Of a DNA stretch of 64,000 bases, positions 1 to 9,404 are shown one piece after another. This stretch comes from an uncultured Acidobacteriota bacterium. Its GTDB lineage: Bacteria > Acidobacteriota > Vicinamibacteria > Vicinamibacterales > UBA2999. Position 1 is the stretch's first letter, and the number at the start of each line of letters is the position of its first letter. The stretch is taken from positions 7,623 to 71,622 of the forward strand of contig CAWAYR010000020.1 in assembly GCA_963786365.1 (NCBI GenBank). Direction: 5' to 3'. The notes under the pieces were generated by a model. It saw only the letters and a list, made by a program, of their open reading frames with translations. It was not told where the DNA came from and ran no database searches. Position numbers and translations under genes: made by a program.

Positions 1-1025
1 GTGAGCATCTTCGTGTGAAACGCCTGAATGCGAACGAGCTTGTCGAGCTTCTCGGGATCGTGCTGGTGATGCGACAGCAGGTGGAACGGCTCCGGGACGC
101 CAATGTGGCCGTAGGTCATCGAGCTGGCCTCGGCCGCCATCATCAGCGACGCCACCCGGGTCATGTCGGCGCGGAACGCGAGCGCCGTCAGGTCGAACAT
201 CAGCGTCAGGCGTTCGACGAAGCGCTGTTCGACTTCGGCAGCGGATTGCCGGGCCATGCACGCGCGTGATTCGACGTCCTCGACGCGACGCTCGGCGTCA
301 CGCACGGCCTCAAGGTAGTCGCCGAGCACGCTGCGATCTGCTGGCCCAAGCCGCGTTCGCAGCCGGGCCGCGTCGGCAGCGACCAGGTCCAGAACGCTCG
401 TCGAGCCGGCTGCGTGCGCGTCGCTGGCGTCACCGGTCCCGCCGCGGTCGAACAGCGTGTCGAACACAGCACGCGGACTGGATTGCATCCTTACTGGCAC
501 GCCTGCCCGGCGGAACGAGATCGTCGTCGCCAGGTTGTCGTCGTACTGCCCTTCCCAGATACCTGCACCGACTTTGAAGGGTTCCTCGGCGGCGAGCGCC
601 AGCGACGGCAGCGCCGTGTCGCGCCCGAGATAGTCCGCGGCCAATTGATCAATCGTGGCCCCATGCGTCCCGTCGCCGCGCTCGCGTGGCGATGTTCCGG
701 AGAGCCAGGTGCCCGGCGTGATCGCGTGCACGGGGCCGTAAGCGTGACGATTCTCGACGCCGCTGACGATCGTCAGCCGGTTAGCCAGCGACGATAGCGG
801 CTCGAGGATGCGTCCCAGTTGACCGCTGCGGCCGGCGTCAGCCGGCATCCACTCGTCCATGACGGCGCCGTGAGGGAAGTAGACGAACGCCAGGCGCGGC
901 GCTGGCCTGATCGAGGCCAGTAGCGCCCGCGCTGGCAACATGGCGTCGAGCATGGGCAGGGCGACCGTGGCCCCCATGCCGCGCAAAAACGTGCGCCGGT
1001 CGAGGTGTCTCTTCGCCAGGAACAT
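1..1025 (-). CDS. DUF1552 family protein with a Tat-like leader; the 3' end runs off the window
   Basis: Absent from the ORF track because no stop lies inside the window. Manual minus-strand translation from the ATG (complement of 1023-1025) gives MFLAKRHLDRRTFLRGMGATVALPMLDAML...LAFVYFPHGAVMDEW...VPEPFHLLSHHQHDPEKLDKLVRIQAFH. It is open down to position 3. The twin-Arg leader and the HLLSHH motif match my recollection of DUF1552. The start lies 9 nt after the stop of the upstream gene. Confidence 0.75.
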   Translation of the reverse strand, partial: MFLAKRHLDRRTFLRGMGATVALPMLDAMLPARALLASIRPAPRLAFVYFPHGAVMDEWMPADAGRSGQLGRILEPLSSLANRLTIVSGVENRHAYGPVHAITPGTWLSGTSPRERGDGTHGATIDQLAADYLGRDTALPSLALAAEEPFKVGAGIWEGQYDDNLATTISFRRAGVPVRMQSSPRAVFDTLFDRGGTGDASDAHAAGSTSVLDLVAADAARLRTRLGPADRSVLGDYLEAVRDAERRVEDVESRACMARQSAAEVEQRFVERLTLMFDLTALAFRADMTRVASLMMAAEASSMTYGHIGVPEPFHLLSHHQHDPEKLDKLVRIQAFHTKML

Positions 1026-1034
1026 CGGGGTCCT

Positions 1035-2720
1035 TTATTCCGCCCCGCTGGGGTTGCTGGCCGCCGGCATCGCGCCGGCGCTCGCGAGCTTCACGTCCTG
1101 GGTGGTGATGAACTCGAGCAGCACCGGCTTGCCTTCCCTGGTCGCGCGGATGCCGTTCACGATCGCGTGTACCACCTGCTCCGGCTCGGTGACGCGCTCG
1201 CCGTGGCCGCCCATTGCCTTGGCGAAGTCCGCGTAGTTGCCGGAGATGTCGCAGGTGCGGTACTTCGCATGCGACACCTGCATCGCCGCGTACTCCGTCT
1301 TCATCCCGAAGTTGTTCGACAGGATCGACATGATCGGGATCTGGCACCGCACACAGGTCTCGAAATCCATGCCGGTCATGCCGATGGCCGCTTCGCCCCA
1401 CCAGTTGATGCACAGCTTGTCGGGGTGCGCGACCTTCGCGCCCATCGCCAGCCCGAGTCCATAGCCCAGCTGCGTCGTCTTGCCCCAGCCGAGGTAACTC
1501 AGCGGCGTCACCGACTTCCAGAACGGGATCATCTCGTCGCGCGGCGAGCCGGCGTCGTGCGTGATGATCGTGTTGGCGACGTCGGCCGTCTGCAGCAGAT
1601 CGTGGAGGACGCGGTACGGCGACAGCGGCTTGGCGTTGCTGCTCATGAATGGCCGCCACGCCTCGAGCCAGGGGCGATTCTGTTCCTGGATGCGCGCCGC
1701 CACCTGGGGCGTCAGACCCCGCGGCTTGCCGCGCAGCCGCTCGCTGAGCGCGTGGTGCAGCATCGCCAGCGTGAGCTTGGCGTCGCCGAGCACGGGAGAA
1801 TCAGTGGGAATGATCTTGTTGAGGTCGCGCTCGTCGACCGTGGCATGGATGAAGCGCTTGTTCGCCATCGGCCAGCGGATGGAGTAGCCCGGGCTGAAGC
1901 TGACGCCGACGCCAAAGACGACGTCAACGTCGCGGACGTGATCCGCCAGAGCGCGCGACATCGTGTTGCCGCCGGCGCCAAGCGACAACGCGTGCGTCTC
2001 GGGAAACGCGCTCTTCCCTTCCATGCTCGTCCCGACCGGCGCCTCGAGCAGCTCGGCCACCTGCAACAACTCGGGCCACGCCTTCGCATAGTGGACGCCC
2101 TGACCCGCGTAGATCATCGGCATCTTCGCCTTGAGCAGCAGGTCGGCCGCCGCGTCGATCGCGGTGGCATCCGGCGCGATCAGCGTGCGCCTGGTCGGCT
2201 CGTATGCCAGATCGGCGAGCGTGGGGATCGTCGGAATCTCCGCGCCGAAGACATCACAGATTTCGACCAGGCACGGACCCGGGCGGCCATTGCGCGCCAG
2301 CGTGAACGCGCGGCGCAGCGCCGGGACGATCATTTCCGGCGTGGTGACCGTCTCTGCGCTCTTGGTGATGTGCTGATAGTTCAACGTGGCGTTGAAGGCG
2401 GGCGGGACGTGGGCCTGCGCGCGCGCCGGTCCGGGGACAATCACCACCAGCGGCACGCCTTCGGAGAAGGCTTGCGCCACGGCGCCGAATGCGTTCTCGA
2501 TGCCAGGGCCGCCCTGGCACGCAAACACCTTCACGTCGTCACTCGCGCTCAGGCGCCCGCCGGCGTCGGCCATGGCACAAGCGACGCGCTCCTGGCGAAC
2601 GACGATCGGGCGGATGTCGGCGGCGGCCGCGTACTCGGTGAGCGGCGTCAGGGGATAGACGAACAGCGTCTTGACCCGCTCGCGCTTCAGGATTTCGGCA
2701 ACGACGTCACCTACGCGCAT
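1035..2720 (-). CDS. Thiamine-pyrophosphate-dependent enzyme (acetolactate synthase large-subunit-like family)
   Basis: ORF 1035..2750, intact. I prefer the ATG at 2720 (MRVGDVVAEILK...) because AGAGGAG sits about 8 nt upstream. It has the three-domain TPP-enzyme layout, with a C-terminal TPP-binding region ...GWGKTTQLGYGLGLAMGAK...WWGEAAIGMTGMDFETCVRCQIPIMSILSNNFGM. Confidence 0.9.
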   Translation of the reverse strand: MRVGDVVAEILKRERVKTLFVYPLTPLTEYAAAADIRPIVVRQERVACAMADAGGRLSASDDVKVFACQGGPGIENAFGAVAQAFSEGVPLVVIVPGPARAQAHVPPAFNATLNYQHITKSAETVTTPEMIVPALRRAFTLARNGRPGPCLVEICDVFGAEIPTIPTLADLAYEPTRRTLIAPDATAIDAAADLLLKAKMPMIYAGQGVHYAKAWPELLQVAELLEAPVGTSMEGKSAFPETHALSLGAGGNTMSRALADHVRDVDVVFGVGVSFSPGYSIRWPMANKRFIHATVDERDLNKIIPTDSPVLGDAKLTLAMLHHALSERLRGKPRGLTPQVAARIQEQNRPWLEAWRPFMSSNAKPLSPYRVLHDLLQTADVANTIITHDAGSPRDEMIPFWKSVTPLSYLGWGKTTQLGYGLGLAMGAKVAHPDKLCINWWGEAAIGMTGMDFETCVRCQIPIMSILSNNFGMKTEYAAMQVSHAKYRTCDISGNYADFAKAMGGHGERVTEPEQVVHAIVNGIRATREGKPVLLEFITTQDVKLASAGAMPAASNPSGAE

Positions 2721-2957
2721 GGCGGGAGCTCCTCTCAGTCCGCGGTCCATGGATCGACGGTCCCCAGTCCAGGGTGAGCGGTCCTCAGGCCGGAGGTATG
2801 AGAGAGGGTTTTAACGTGTTCAAGGAGGATTGTCGAGGACAGAGCACTGCGGATCGGGGACCCCCTCGATGCGGAGAGAGGCACAGCGAGCGCGGCGTCG
2901 GTCCCAGCCCGGCCTGGAGTGCGTCGAGCACGGCGTCGAGGTGTGCGAAGTTGGCGT

Positions 2958-5333
2958 CTAACGACGACGACCGCCGCCGCCCGAGCGACCGCCGCCGCGG
3001 GCGCCGCCGTAGGATCCGGCGCCGGAGCGGGTCGCGCCGCTTGTCTGCCAGCCGCTGCGATCGGTCGCGCGCTGGTTGCCCTTCTCCCGGGCGTTTCGGT
3101 CCCGGTCGAGTTGTCCGCTCTGGGTGGTGCCGGTGGCAGGCTTGCTGGCAGGCTGGGTGGCGGCTGGGTGCCGGCGCGGTCCCGCGGCTGCGCGCTCTCG
3201 CCACCGGCGGGGGTCCAGCCGCCGGAGCCGTTGCTCTGCTCCCAGCCACCGCCCTCGGTCTGGCGGTAGACGTTGCCGTCTCGGCCGGCGTAGACATCGC
3301 CGCTCCCGGTGCGGCCGACCGTGGTGCGCCCTCCGGGTCCGGTGCGCGTCACTGCTCCGGCGCCTTCGTCGGTCCGAACGCCGCTCGTCCGGGTGCCGGT
3401 CTGGTAATTGGTCCGGTGCGCCGTCTGCGCCCAGTCGTCGCCGCGCTGCACGGAGCTGCTGCCCCAGTTGCCGTAGACGTTCGAGCCCTGGCGGGTCTGC
3501 GCGTAGGTGCCGGTGCGCGGGTTGTAGGCCTGGGCCGCCGAACGCGATCCGTACGGGCCATAGGCCGCGGCGCCGCGCGCGTAGGTTCCGGTCCGCGGAT
3601 TGTAGGACGCGCCCATCCCGACCCCGCCGTACGGACCGTAGGCGGCGTAGCCGCGTCCGTACGCGCCGGTGTACGGGTTGTACCAGGCGCCCATCCCGTA
3701 GGTGTGCGGGTACCCGTAGTAGGCCGGATAGTAGCCGCCGTAGTAGCCGTACGGCGGGTAGTGACCAGCCGCTGCCCCAGACGGCGCAGCCCCACCCGAT
3801 CATCAGCCCCGTGTAGGCCGCGCCGTAGGCAAACGTCGCCCACTCGTCGTCGTCGTCCTCGACCGTGACGTAGGTCACGTGGTGCGCCGGCGAGCTCGCC
3901 GGAATCGAGTACACCTCCGGCGGTATCGAGGTCGCCACTTCCCAGGGGCCGTTCGCCGTCTTCGACACGAACCAGACGGCCTGGTAGCACATGTAGTAGA
4001 GCGTGCCGACCCTGACGATGTCCTTGTCGGTGTTCTCGGCCCGCGCGACGCCGTTCGCGCCGTCGATGGCGGTGAACTGCGGGTCGCCTGAATAGGCCAC
4101 GTCGGGCGCCTTCAGTTCCTTCTTGTTCACCCGCGCGGTCCGCGGAATGCTGGCCAGCACCACGGCCTCGATGGCCTGCGGCGTGCCCGGCACCGAGGCC
4201 AGCACGCGCGAGCGCGGATGCTCGATCGAGATCTTCTGGAAGTCCTCCGGCAGCTTCGTGGTGGTAAAGGTCCAGGGGCCGTCGAGGCTCGGCGCGCTGA
4301 ACCAGCGGCCGGCGACGAGGAAGTAGAAGGCGCCGGTGCGGCCCATGCGGAACAGGTCGGCCTCGGTGTTGTTCACCCAGAGGAGGGACGTCGCCCCGGG
4401 GACGGCGACATAGCCGATCGGCCCTTCGAGCAGGATGAGCTCGGCCGGCGTCGTGCTGACGAACACCTTCGGCGTCGTCTTGGCGTTGAGCTTCTGGCCC
4501 GGCAGGGCTGCCCTCACGTCCTTCCAGTTGTCATCGGCCGGCAGCTTGCCGAAGCTGTCCGGCAGCGTGCCGGTCACCGCGGTCCACGGCCCGACGAGGC
4601 TCGGGGCTTGCAGCCAGGAGGCGTTGTTGCGCACGTAGAAGGTCTTGCTCGGCGGGTGCTCGAACAGATCCCAGTTGGTGTTCAGCGCATACCGCAGGTC
4701 GACGTCCTTGATCGGACTCCAGATCGGGTCGCCGTCGAGGTTGATCAGCATCGCCGGCGCCGCCGCCGAGAACACGATGGGCGGATCGGCCTTGATGCCC
4801 TCGGCGTCCTTCGCGTTCAACGGGCTGGTCGACACGTAGGCGAGGAGCCGGTCGAGGTCGAGCACACGCTGGTGCGGGGGCAGCGCCTGGACGTCGGCGA
4901 CGAGCGCCTTCACCACGTCCGTCGCCAGGGTCCTGAAGTTGTACTCGGAAATACGGAGGTCGAGACGCACGACACGGTCGTCGACGGACACCTGCGTGTC
5001 GCCTTCGATCTTGATCGTGCCGAGCGCGGGTTCCTTGGCGCCGGTGGGGAGGAAGGACACCGCTGACCACGCCACGATCTTCTTCTGGTCGGTCCAGCTT
5101 TCGATCTGCGGCTGATGCCAGACCGCGCTGCCACTGCTCAGCGCGACGGTCCGCGGCCACCCGGTGTCGGCGTTGGTCCCCGGCGGCGGCGTGGCGGTCG
5201 CCGCCGGCGCTGGCTTGGTCTGCGTCGGCACCGCCGCCGCGGGCTTGGCCTGCGCGCGCAGCAGACCTACGGGAGTGGCCAGCGTCGCGGCGAGCAGCGC
5301 GGCGCACCAGCACGACGGACGGGACAACCGCAT
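2958..5333 (-). CDS. Large secreted protein of unknown function with a Tyr/Gly-rich repeat tail (two frame changes in this sequence)
   Basis: ORF 2958..5354; ATG 5333 is preceded by AGGAGG, with signal peptide MRLSRPSCWCAALLAATLATPVGLLRAQA. Good protein sequence runs to ...MIGWGCAVWGSGW. The sense then continues in the frame of ORF 2735..3694 from about 3765 (YYPPYGYYGGYYPAYYGYPHTYGMGAWYNPYTGAYG...). It appears to return to the first frame near 3150, ending ...SYGGARGGGRSGGGGRRR*. Confidence 0.7.
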   Translation of the reverse strand: MRLSRPSCWCAALLAATLATPVGLLRAQAKPAAAVPTQTKPAPAATATPPPGTNADTGWPRTVALSSGSAVWHQPQIESWTDQKKIVAWSAVSFLPTGAKEPALGTIKIEGDTQVSVDDRVVRLDLRISEYNFRTLATDVVKALVADVQALPPHQRVLDLDRLLAYVSTSPLNAKDAEGIKADPPIVFSAAAPAMLINLDGDPIWSPIKDVDLRYALNTNWDLFEHPPSKTFYVRNNASWLQAPSLVGPWTAVTGTLPDSFGKLPADDNWKDVRAALPGQKLNAKTTPKVFVSTTPAELILLEGPIGYVAVPGATSLLWVNNTEADLFRMGRTGAFYFLVAGRWFSAPSLDGPWTFTTTKLPEDFQKISIEHPRSRVLASVPGTPQAIEAVVLASIPRTARVNKKELKAPDVAYSGDPQFTAIDGANGVARAENTDKDIVRVGTLYYMCYQAVWFVSKTANGPWEVATSIPPEVYSIPASSPAHHVTYVTVEDDDDEWATFAYGAAYTGLMIGWGCAVWGSGWSLPAVRLLRRLLSGLLRVPAHLRDGRLVQPVHRRVRTRLRRLRSVRRGRDGRVLQSADRNLRARRRGLWPVRIAFGGPGLQPAHRHLRADPPGLERLRQLGQQLRAARRRLGADGAPDQLPDRHPDERRSDRRRRRSSDAHRTRRAHHGRPHRERRCLRRPRRQRLPPDRGRWLGAEQRLRRLDPRRWRERAAAGPRRHPAATQPASKPATGTTQSGQLDRDRNAREKGNQRATDRSGWQTSGATRSGAGSYGGARGGGRSGGGGRRR
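3485..3682 (-). repeat. Imperfect tandem repeat inside the CDS, three units with a 78-nt (26-aa) period
   Basis: In the frame of ORF 2735..3694, YNPYTGAYGRG, YNPRTGTYARG and YNPRTGTYAQT start at residues 5, 31 and 57. DNA similarity is also visible, e.g. gcgtaggtgccggtgcgcgggttgtagg versus gcgtaggttccggtccgcggattgtagg. Confidence 0.6.
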
Positions 5334-5413
5334 GAACACACCCTCCTGCCGCACTAAGAATCGTGGCCCCTGAACGACCGGACGGCCGCCCGTCGGCGGT
5401 CCGGTCGTCTAAC

Positions 5414-6458
5414 CTACCGCGCGCGGGCCGCGTACGGATTGCCGCCGAGCGCGTTCGAGATGTCGGTGATCGCCCGCTGCGCCTTCACGCTGTTGCCGGC
5501 GTCGTCGAGCGGCGGCGCGATCACCGCGATGCCGAACTTGCCGGGCGACACGGCGATGATGCCGCCGCCGACGCCGCTCTTGGCCGGCAGGCCGGTCGCG
5601 TAGAGCCACTTGCCCGAGTCGTCGTAGAGGCCGGCGGTGGCCATCACGGCCAGCACCCCGGGCACCTTGGCCGGGTCGATGACCTGCTTCTTGGTCACGG
5701 GGTTGGTGCCGCCCATGGCCAGCGTGCCGGCCATCGATCGCCAGGTCGCGCGCGTTGACGCCGATCGAGCACTGCCGGGTGTAGAGATCGACGGCCTGCT
5801 GCCAGTCTGTTCTTGATGTAGCCGTAGGCCAGCATCAGCGCGCCGATCGCCTGGTTGCGCTGGTTGGAGTCCGACTCGGACTTGTAGACGTCCTGCAGCA
5901 CCGTCAGCTGGCGCCCGGCGGCGGCGTTGTGGAAGCCGATGATCTTCGTTCCAGACCTCGTCGGCCTACGCGCCGCGCACCAGTCCGGTGGCCGAGATGG
6001 CCCCGGGGTTGACCAGCGGATTCATCTCCGGGGCACCGGTGCCCGACATCGTCCGCGCGCCCTCGATGGCGATGATCGAGTTGAAGCGCGCGCCGGTGGC
6101 GTCGACGCCGATGGTCTTGGTGATGGCATCGAGCCCCTGCTCCTGGATCACCTGGGCCATGGTGAAGACCTTGGAGATCGACTGGATCGACACCTCGGTT
6201 TTGACGTCGCCGGCGGTGTAGACCTTGCCATCGGCGGTGACCAGGGCGATCCCGAACAGGTTCGGGTCGACCTTGGCCAGCGCCGGGATGTAGTCGGCGT
6301 TCTTGCCTTCCTTGAGGTTCTGGTACTTGCCATGGGCGGCCTTAATTGCCGCTTCGATCTGGTCCGGCGTCTGCGCCGGGGTCTGGGAGGCCGCGGCCAC
6401 GGCCAAGCACGATGGCGGCGAGGGCGGTGACGGCCCGACGGGATTGCGTGTTGCTCAT
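5414..6458 (-). CDS. glsA: Secreted glutaminase A, disrupted by at least 3 frameshifts and one in-frame TAG in this sequence
   Basis: Three fragments are colinear with glutaminase: 5966..6406 (...YIPALAKVDPNLFGIALVTADGKVYTAGD...SIQSISKVF), 5695..5901 (YKSESDSNQRNQAIGALMLAYGYI) and 5414..5734 (GLPAKSGVGGGIIAVSPGKFGIAVIAPPLDDAGNSV). The leader MSNTQSRRAVTALAAIVL starts at ATG 6458 in yet another frame. An in-frame TAG lies at 5966-5968. Confidence 0.85.
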
Positions 6459-6461
6459 GAC

Positions 6462-7612
6462 TTACTGACCTCCGATGCTGTACCAGAAGTTGTACCTGAA
6501 CGAGAACTGGAGCTTGAACCCGTCGCCCTGGTATGGGTCCCGGAACATCTCGCGGCGGCCCCACTGCAGCTCGCCGCCGACCATCATCGCCGGCACCGGC
6601 GAGTAGAGCAGGTTGCCGAGGGCGTACTGGCCAGCCTTGAACGCCGTCGTCGGCCTGGCCGTTGCTGTTGTCGATGTCCTGCCGGGAATACCCGATCGCG
6701 GAGGTGAACTTCGTGCTCCACGCGTGGTCGAGGAAGAGGCTCAGACCGGTCATCGGCAGGGGCGTGCCGACGAGCGGGGTGACCGGGTTGCTGAAGTTGT
6801 TCTCGATGCCGATGTCGACGGGCGAGTCGTTCATCGAGTTCTGGATACCCTCGCCGACCACGAACGCCGCCCGAATGACACTCGACGACCCGAGCTTCAG
6901 GTTGCCTGACAAATTGAGGCCCCAGCCGGTCGCGTCGCCCGACAGTTCGAACTGGTCGGCGAGCATGTCGTCCCACTTGATTCGCCGCAGCTGACCGGCG
7001 GCGCGGACGTAGCCCCAGTCCTGGGTCCGCTTGTAGGCGGCGGTGATGTCCGGCATCGGGAAGCGGCGGCTGGATGTTGTCCAGCTCGATACGGTCGGCG
7101 TACACGCCCTGGTCGCCGCTGGCCCCCGGGCGCTCGAGGGCGAACATCAGGCTGTTCTGGCCCTGACCGGGGTCCACCGGACCTGGACGTTGCGAATACC
7201 AGGCCATGCCGGTCGGCCCCCAGTACTCGAGCTGGTTCGGGAACACGTCCGGATTCGGTGAACGGGCTCCAGTACTGGCCGGCCGCGAACTGGCCCAGCT
7301 CGCCCTAGGCGTGCCGCAGACGCAACGTCGTTTGTCCGTAGTCGACGCCGGTGCCGAACATTTCGAACTCGAACGTCGTTTTCAGCTCGCCGGCGGCGGT
7401 GGGTAAGCCAGCCTGACGCCGAAGCGGGTCTGCCGGACGCCGGCAAACGTGCTGCCGTCCTTGCCGAATTCGTCCTCGAACGACGGCAACCTGATGACGC
7501 GCAGGGTGTCGAACCAGTTCGGGTTGATCGGCTTGAAGTTGTGGCCGATGTCCAGCATCGTAAAGCCGTAGAGCTCCATCGACGGCTTCTGTTCGGCCGC
7601 GGACCGGCGGGG
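6462..7612 (-). CDS. Outer-membrane beta-barrel porin segment with no leader of its own (at least 4 frameshifts)
   Basis: Colinear pieces are 7382..7579 (ELYGFTMLDIGHNFKPINPNWFDTLRV...), the tail of 7305..8084 (ELKTTFEFEMFGTGVDYGQTTLRLRHA), 6584..7246 (FPNQLEYWGPTGMAWYS...) and 6148..7056 (PDITAAYKRTQDWGYVRAAG...AIGYSRQDIDNSNGQA). A final manual frame gives AFKAGQYALGNLLYSPVPAMMVGGELQWGRREMFRDPYQGDGFKLQFSFRYNFWYSIGGQ* (TAA at 6462-6464). The barrel frame is closed upstream by a TGA at 7613-7615. Confidence 0.7.
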
Positions 7613-8178
7613 TCACGCTGACCGCCAGGCCACGGGTGTAGGTGATGGTCACCTGGTCACCGACCTTGTAGCCTTCGAGGTTCTTGGCGTCCTGGACCCT
7701 GAACGTCGACCGGCCACCCGAGGCGGTGCGGATGGTCACCGAGGGCGTCTTCGGATTGATCGCGTCGAGCGTGACGGTGGCGGTCGTCTGGCGCGCGATG
7801 GTGGCGCCCGGGGCGCCGGGAGCGCGGGTGACCGATGTCGACGACGCCGCCGCCGGTGCGCCGGGCCGGCTCAGGGCGGTCACGAGCGTCTCGAAGTACC
7901 GGAAGGTGACCGTGTCGCCGACCTTGAGCGCGTCGAAGCGCTGCACCTCGGGACCGCAGTAGACCTCTTCGAGGAGTCCCGCCTTGTTCCGGAGGGTCAC
8001 GACCCGCGACGAGTGGTCGATGGCCTCGATGGTGAACGAGGCACTGACCTCTTCGGTCCGGGTGGCGGGCTGCTGGGCCAGCACGGTCGCCGGACCGAGG
8101 AGCAGGCGGCCACCACGACCGGCCCGATCAGCCGAATCCCCGCCCGGTGTCGATCACGGCCAGTGCGGCTCCTGCCAT
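7596..8178 (-). CDS. Signal peptide plus two tandem small beta-domains (CusF/OB-like pattern); probably the N-terminal module of the adjacent porin
   Basis: ORF 7305..8084 reads QQPATRTEEVSASFTIEAIDHSSRVVTLRNKAGLLEEVYCGPEVQRFDALKVGDTVTFRY...TATVTLDAINPKTPSVTIRTASGGRSTFRVQDAKNLEGYKVGDQVTITYT. It is a clear paralogue of the 19097..19648 product. The leader (…RLIGPVVVAACLLLGPATVLAQQ) is only recoverable with one or two frame changes from a tentative ATG at 8178. There is no stop before the porin segment. Confidence 0.6.
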
Positions 8179-8237
8179 CAACTGTTCTCACGATGTTGCT
8201 CCTTTGGAAGTTGGCTCGAACCTGCCGGGGTATCGCA

Positions 8238-9393
8238 TTACTGACCGCCTTTTGCATTGGCTGCCTCCCAGGCGCGTACGCGACGGCGCCCCTCGTCGAA
8301 GATCCGCTCGTAGTTGCCGCGGCGCACTTTCAGGCTGGCATCGGCATTCAGCTGCTTCCATACCGGCGCCCACAGATCGAACACCGCGAAGTAGGGCGCG
8401 GGCCCGGCCGGGGCCACGGTATCGGTGCCGAACAGGAAGCGGTCCGGATGCCGGTTGAGCATCGCCGCCACCCGGGCGCTGACCTGCGGCGACGACACCG
8501 CGTACTTCGCGACCTCGTCCCACGAGATGTCGAAGTTCACGTGGGCGAGCGAGGCGTCGGTGAGCATCGCCTCGAGGATGTCCAGGTGGGTGGGGTGACG
8601 CTCGGCGGCGTCCGCCGACACCTGCACCGGCCGGACGATGCGGCCCAGGCCGGTGTGGGCCCAGATGATCGACGCCTTGGGATGGCGCCGGAGCAGCGCC
8701 TTGGTCTGGGCCAGGTAGACCGGCTCGGCGTCCACCTTGCCGAACGGCATGTCGATGTCGTTGTGGAGGATCACCACCAGGCCCGAGGCCGCGGCGAACT
8801 CGAGCACGCGGTCGAGCGCCGGGTTGGTGAGGCTGGCGGTTTCGCCGGCAATCTTGGCCGAGACGAATTCCTTGTGGATGCTGAACTCGCCGATGCCGGT
8901 GAAGACGCCGGGGAAGGTCTGCAGCACCCGGCGGATGTGGTCGGCGGCGTACATGTCGGCCGGGTTGAACCCGGTGATCATCGGGTCGAAGCGGGCCTGC
9001 TCGTCCTTCGTCAGCCGGCTGTAGGCGACGGCAATCGCCGCGTCGGTGAACGAGTAGTAGTAGAGCGGCGCGTCGCTGTGCAGGTAGTAGGTCGGGGCGA
9101 AGTCCCCGGAGTTGCCGTAGGACCACTGCTGCTGCAGCGGAATGCCGAACAGCGTCGAGCGGCCGACCCGGGTCCCCATGATGCGCAGGAAGTCGCGGGC
9201 CCCGATGCCCTCCTGAACGTAGTTGGTCAGGTGGAAGTGCGAATCATTGAAGGTGGACCCGGAATCTCCGGCGGCGGGCTGCGGCACCGGGGCCTGGCGA
9301 GCGCCGAGCCCGGCGCTGGCGGCCGCGCCGATCAGCGCCGCCGCACCGACGACCGCAACCGCCGTCCGTGCTGAGCCACGTGGATCTGCTCAT
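8238..9393 (-). CDS. Secreted metal-dependent amidohydrolase (Amidohydro_2-like TIM barrel); one frameshift in the leader
   Basis: ORF 8238..9287 reads ...FNDSHFHLTNYVQEG...GIGEFSIHKEF...VVILHNDIDMPF...IIWAHTGLGR...LFGTDTV. The leader MSRSTWLSTDGG / AVAVVGAAALIGAAASAGLGARQAP starts at ATG 9393 and needs a frame change near 9330. Confidence 0.8.
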
Positions 9394-9404
9394 CGATCGG
9401 CAAC

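Noticed and set aside
1005-2777. Long ORFs antisense to well-supported genes. Examples are 1005..2777 (+), 8013..9374 (+), 14913..16916 (+), 25537..27069 (+), 33796..35322 (+), 36645..38066 (-), 43243..44499 (+), 22864..23826 (+) and 61916..62614 (-).
   Set aside because: They are Arg/Pro/Gly/Ala/His-rich with no recognisable motifs, and they lie exactly opposite genes with clear family signatures. This is typical stop-codon-poor shadow framing in very GC-rich DNA.
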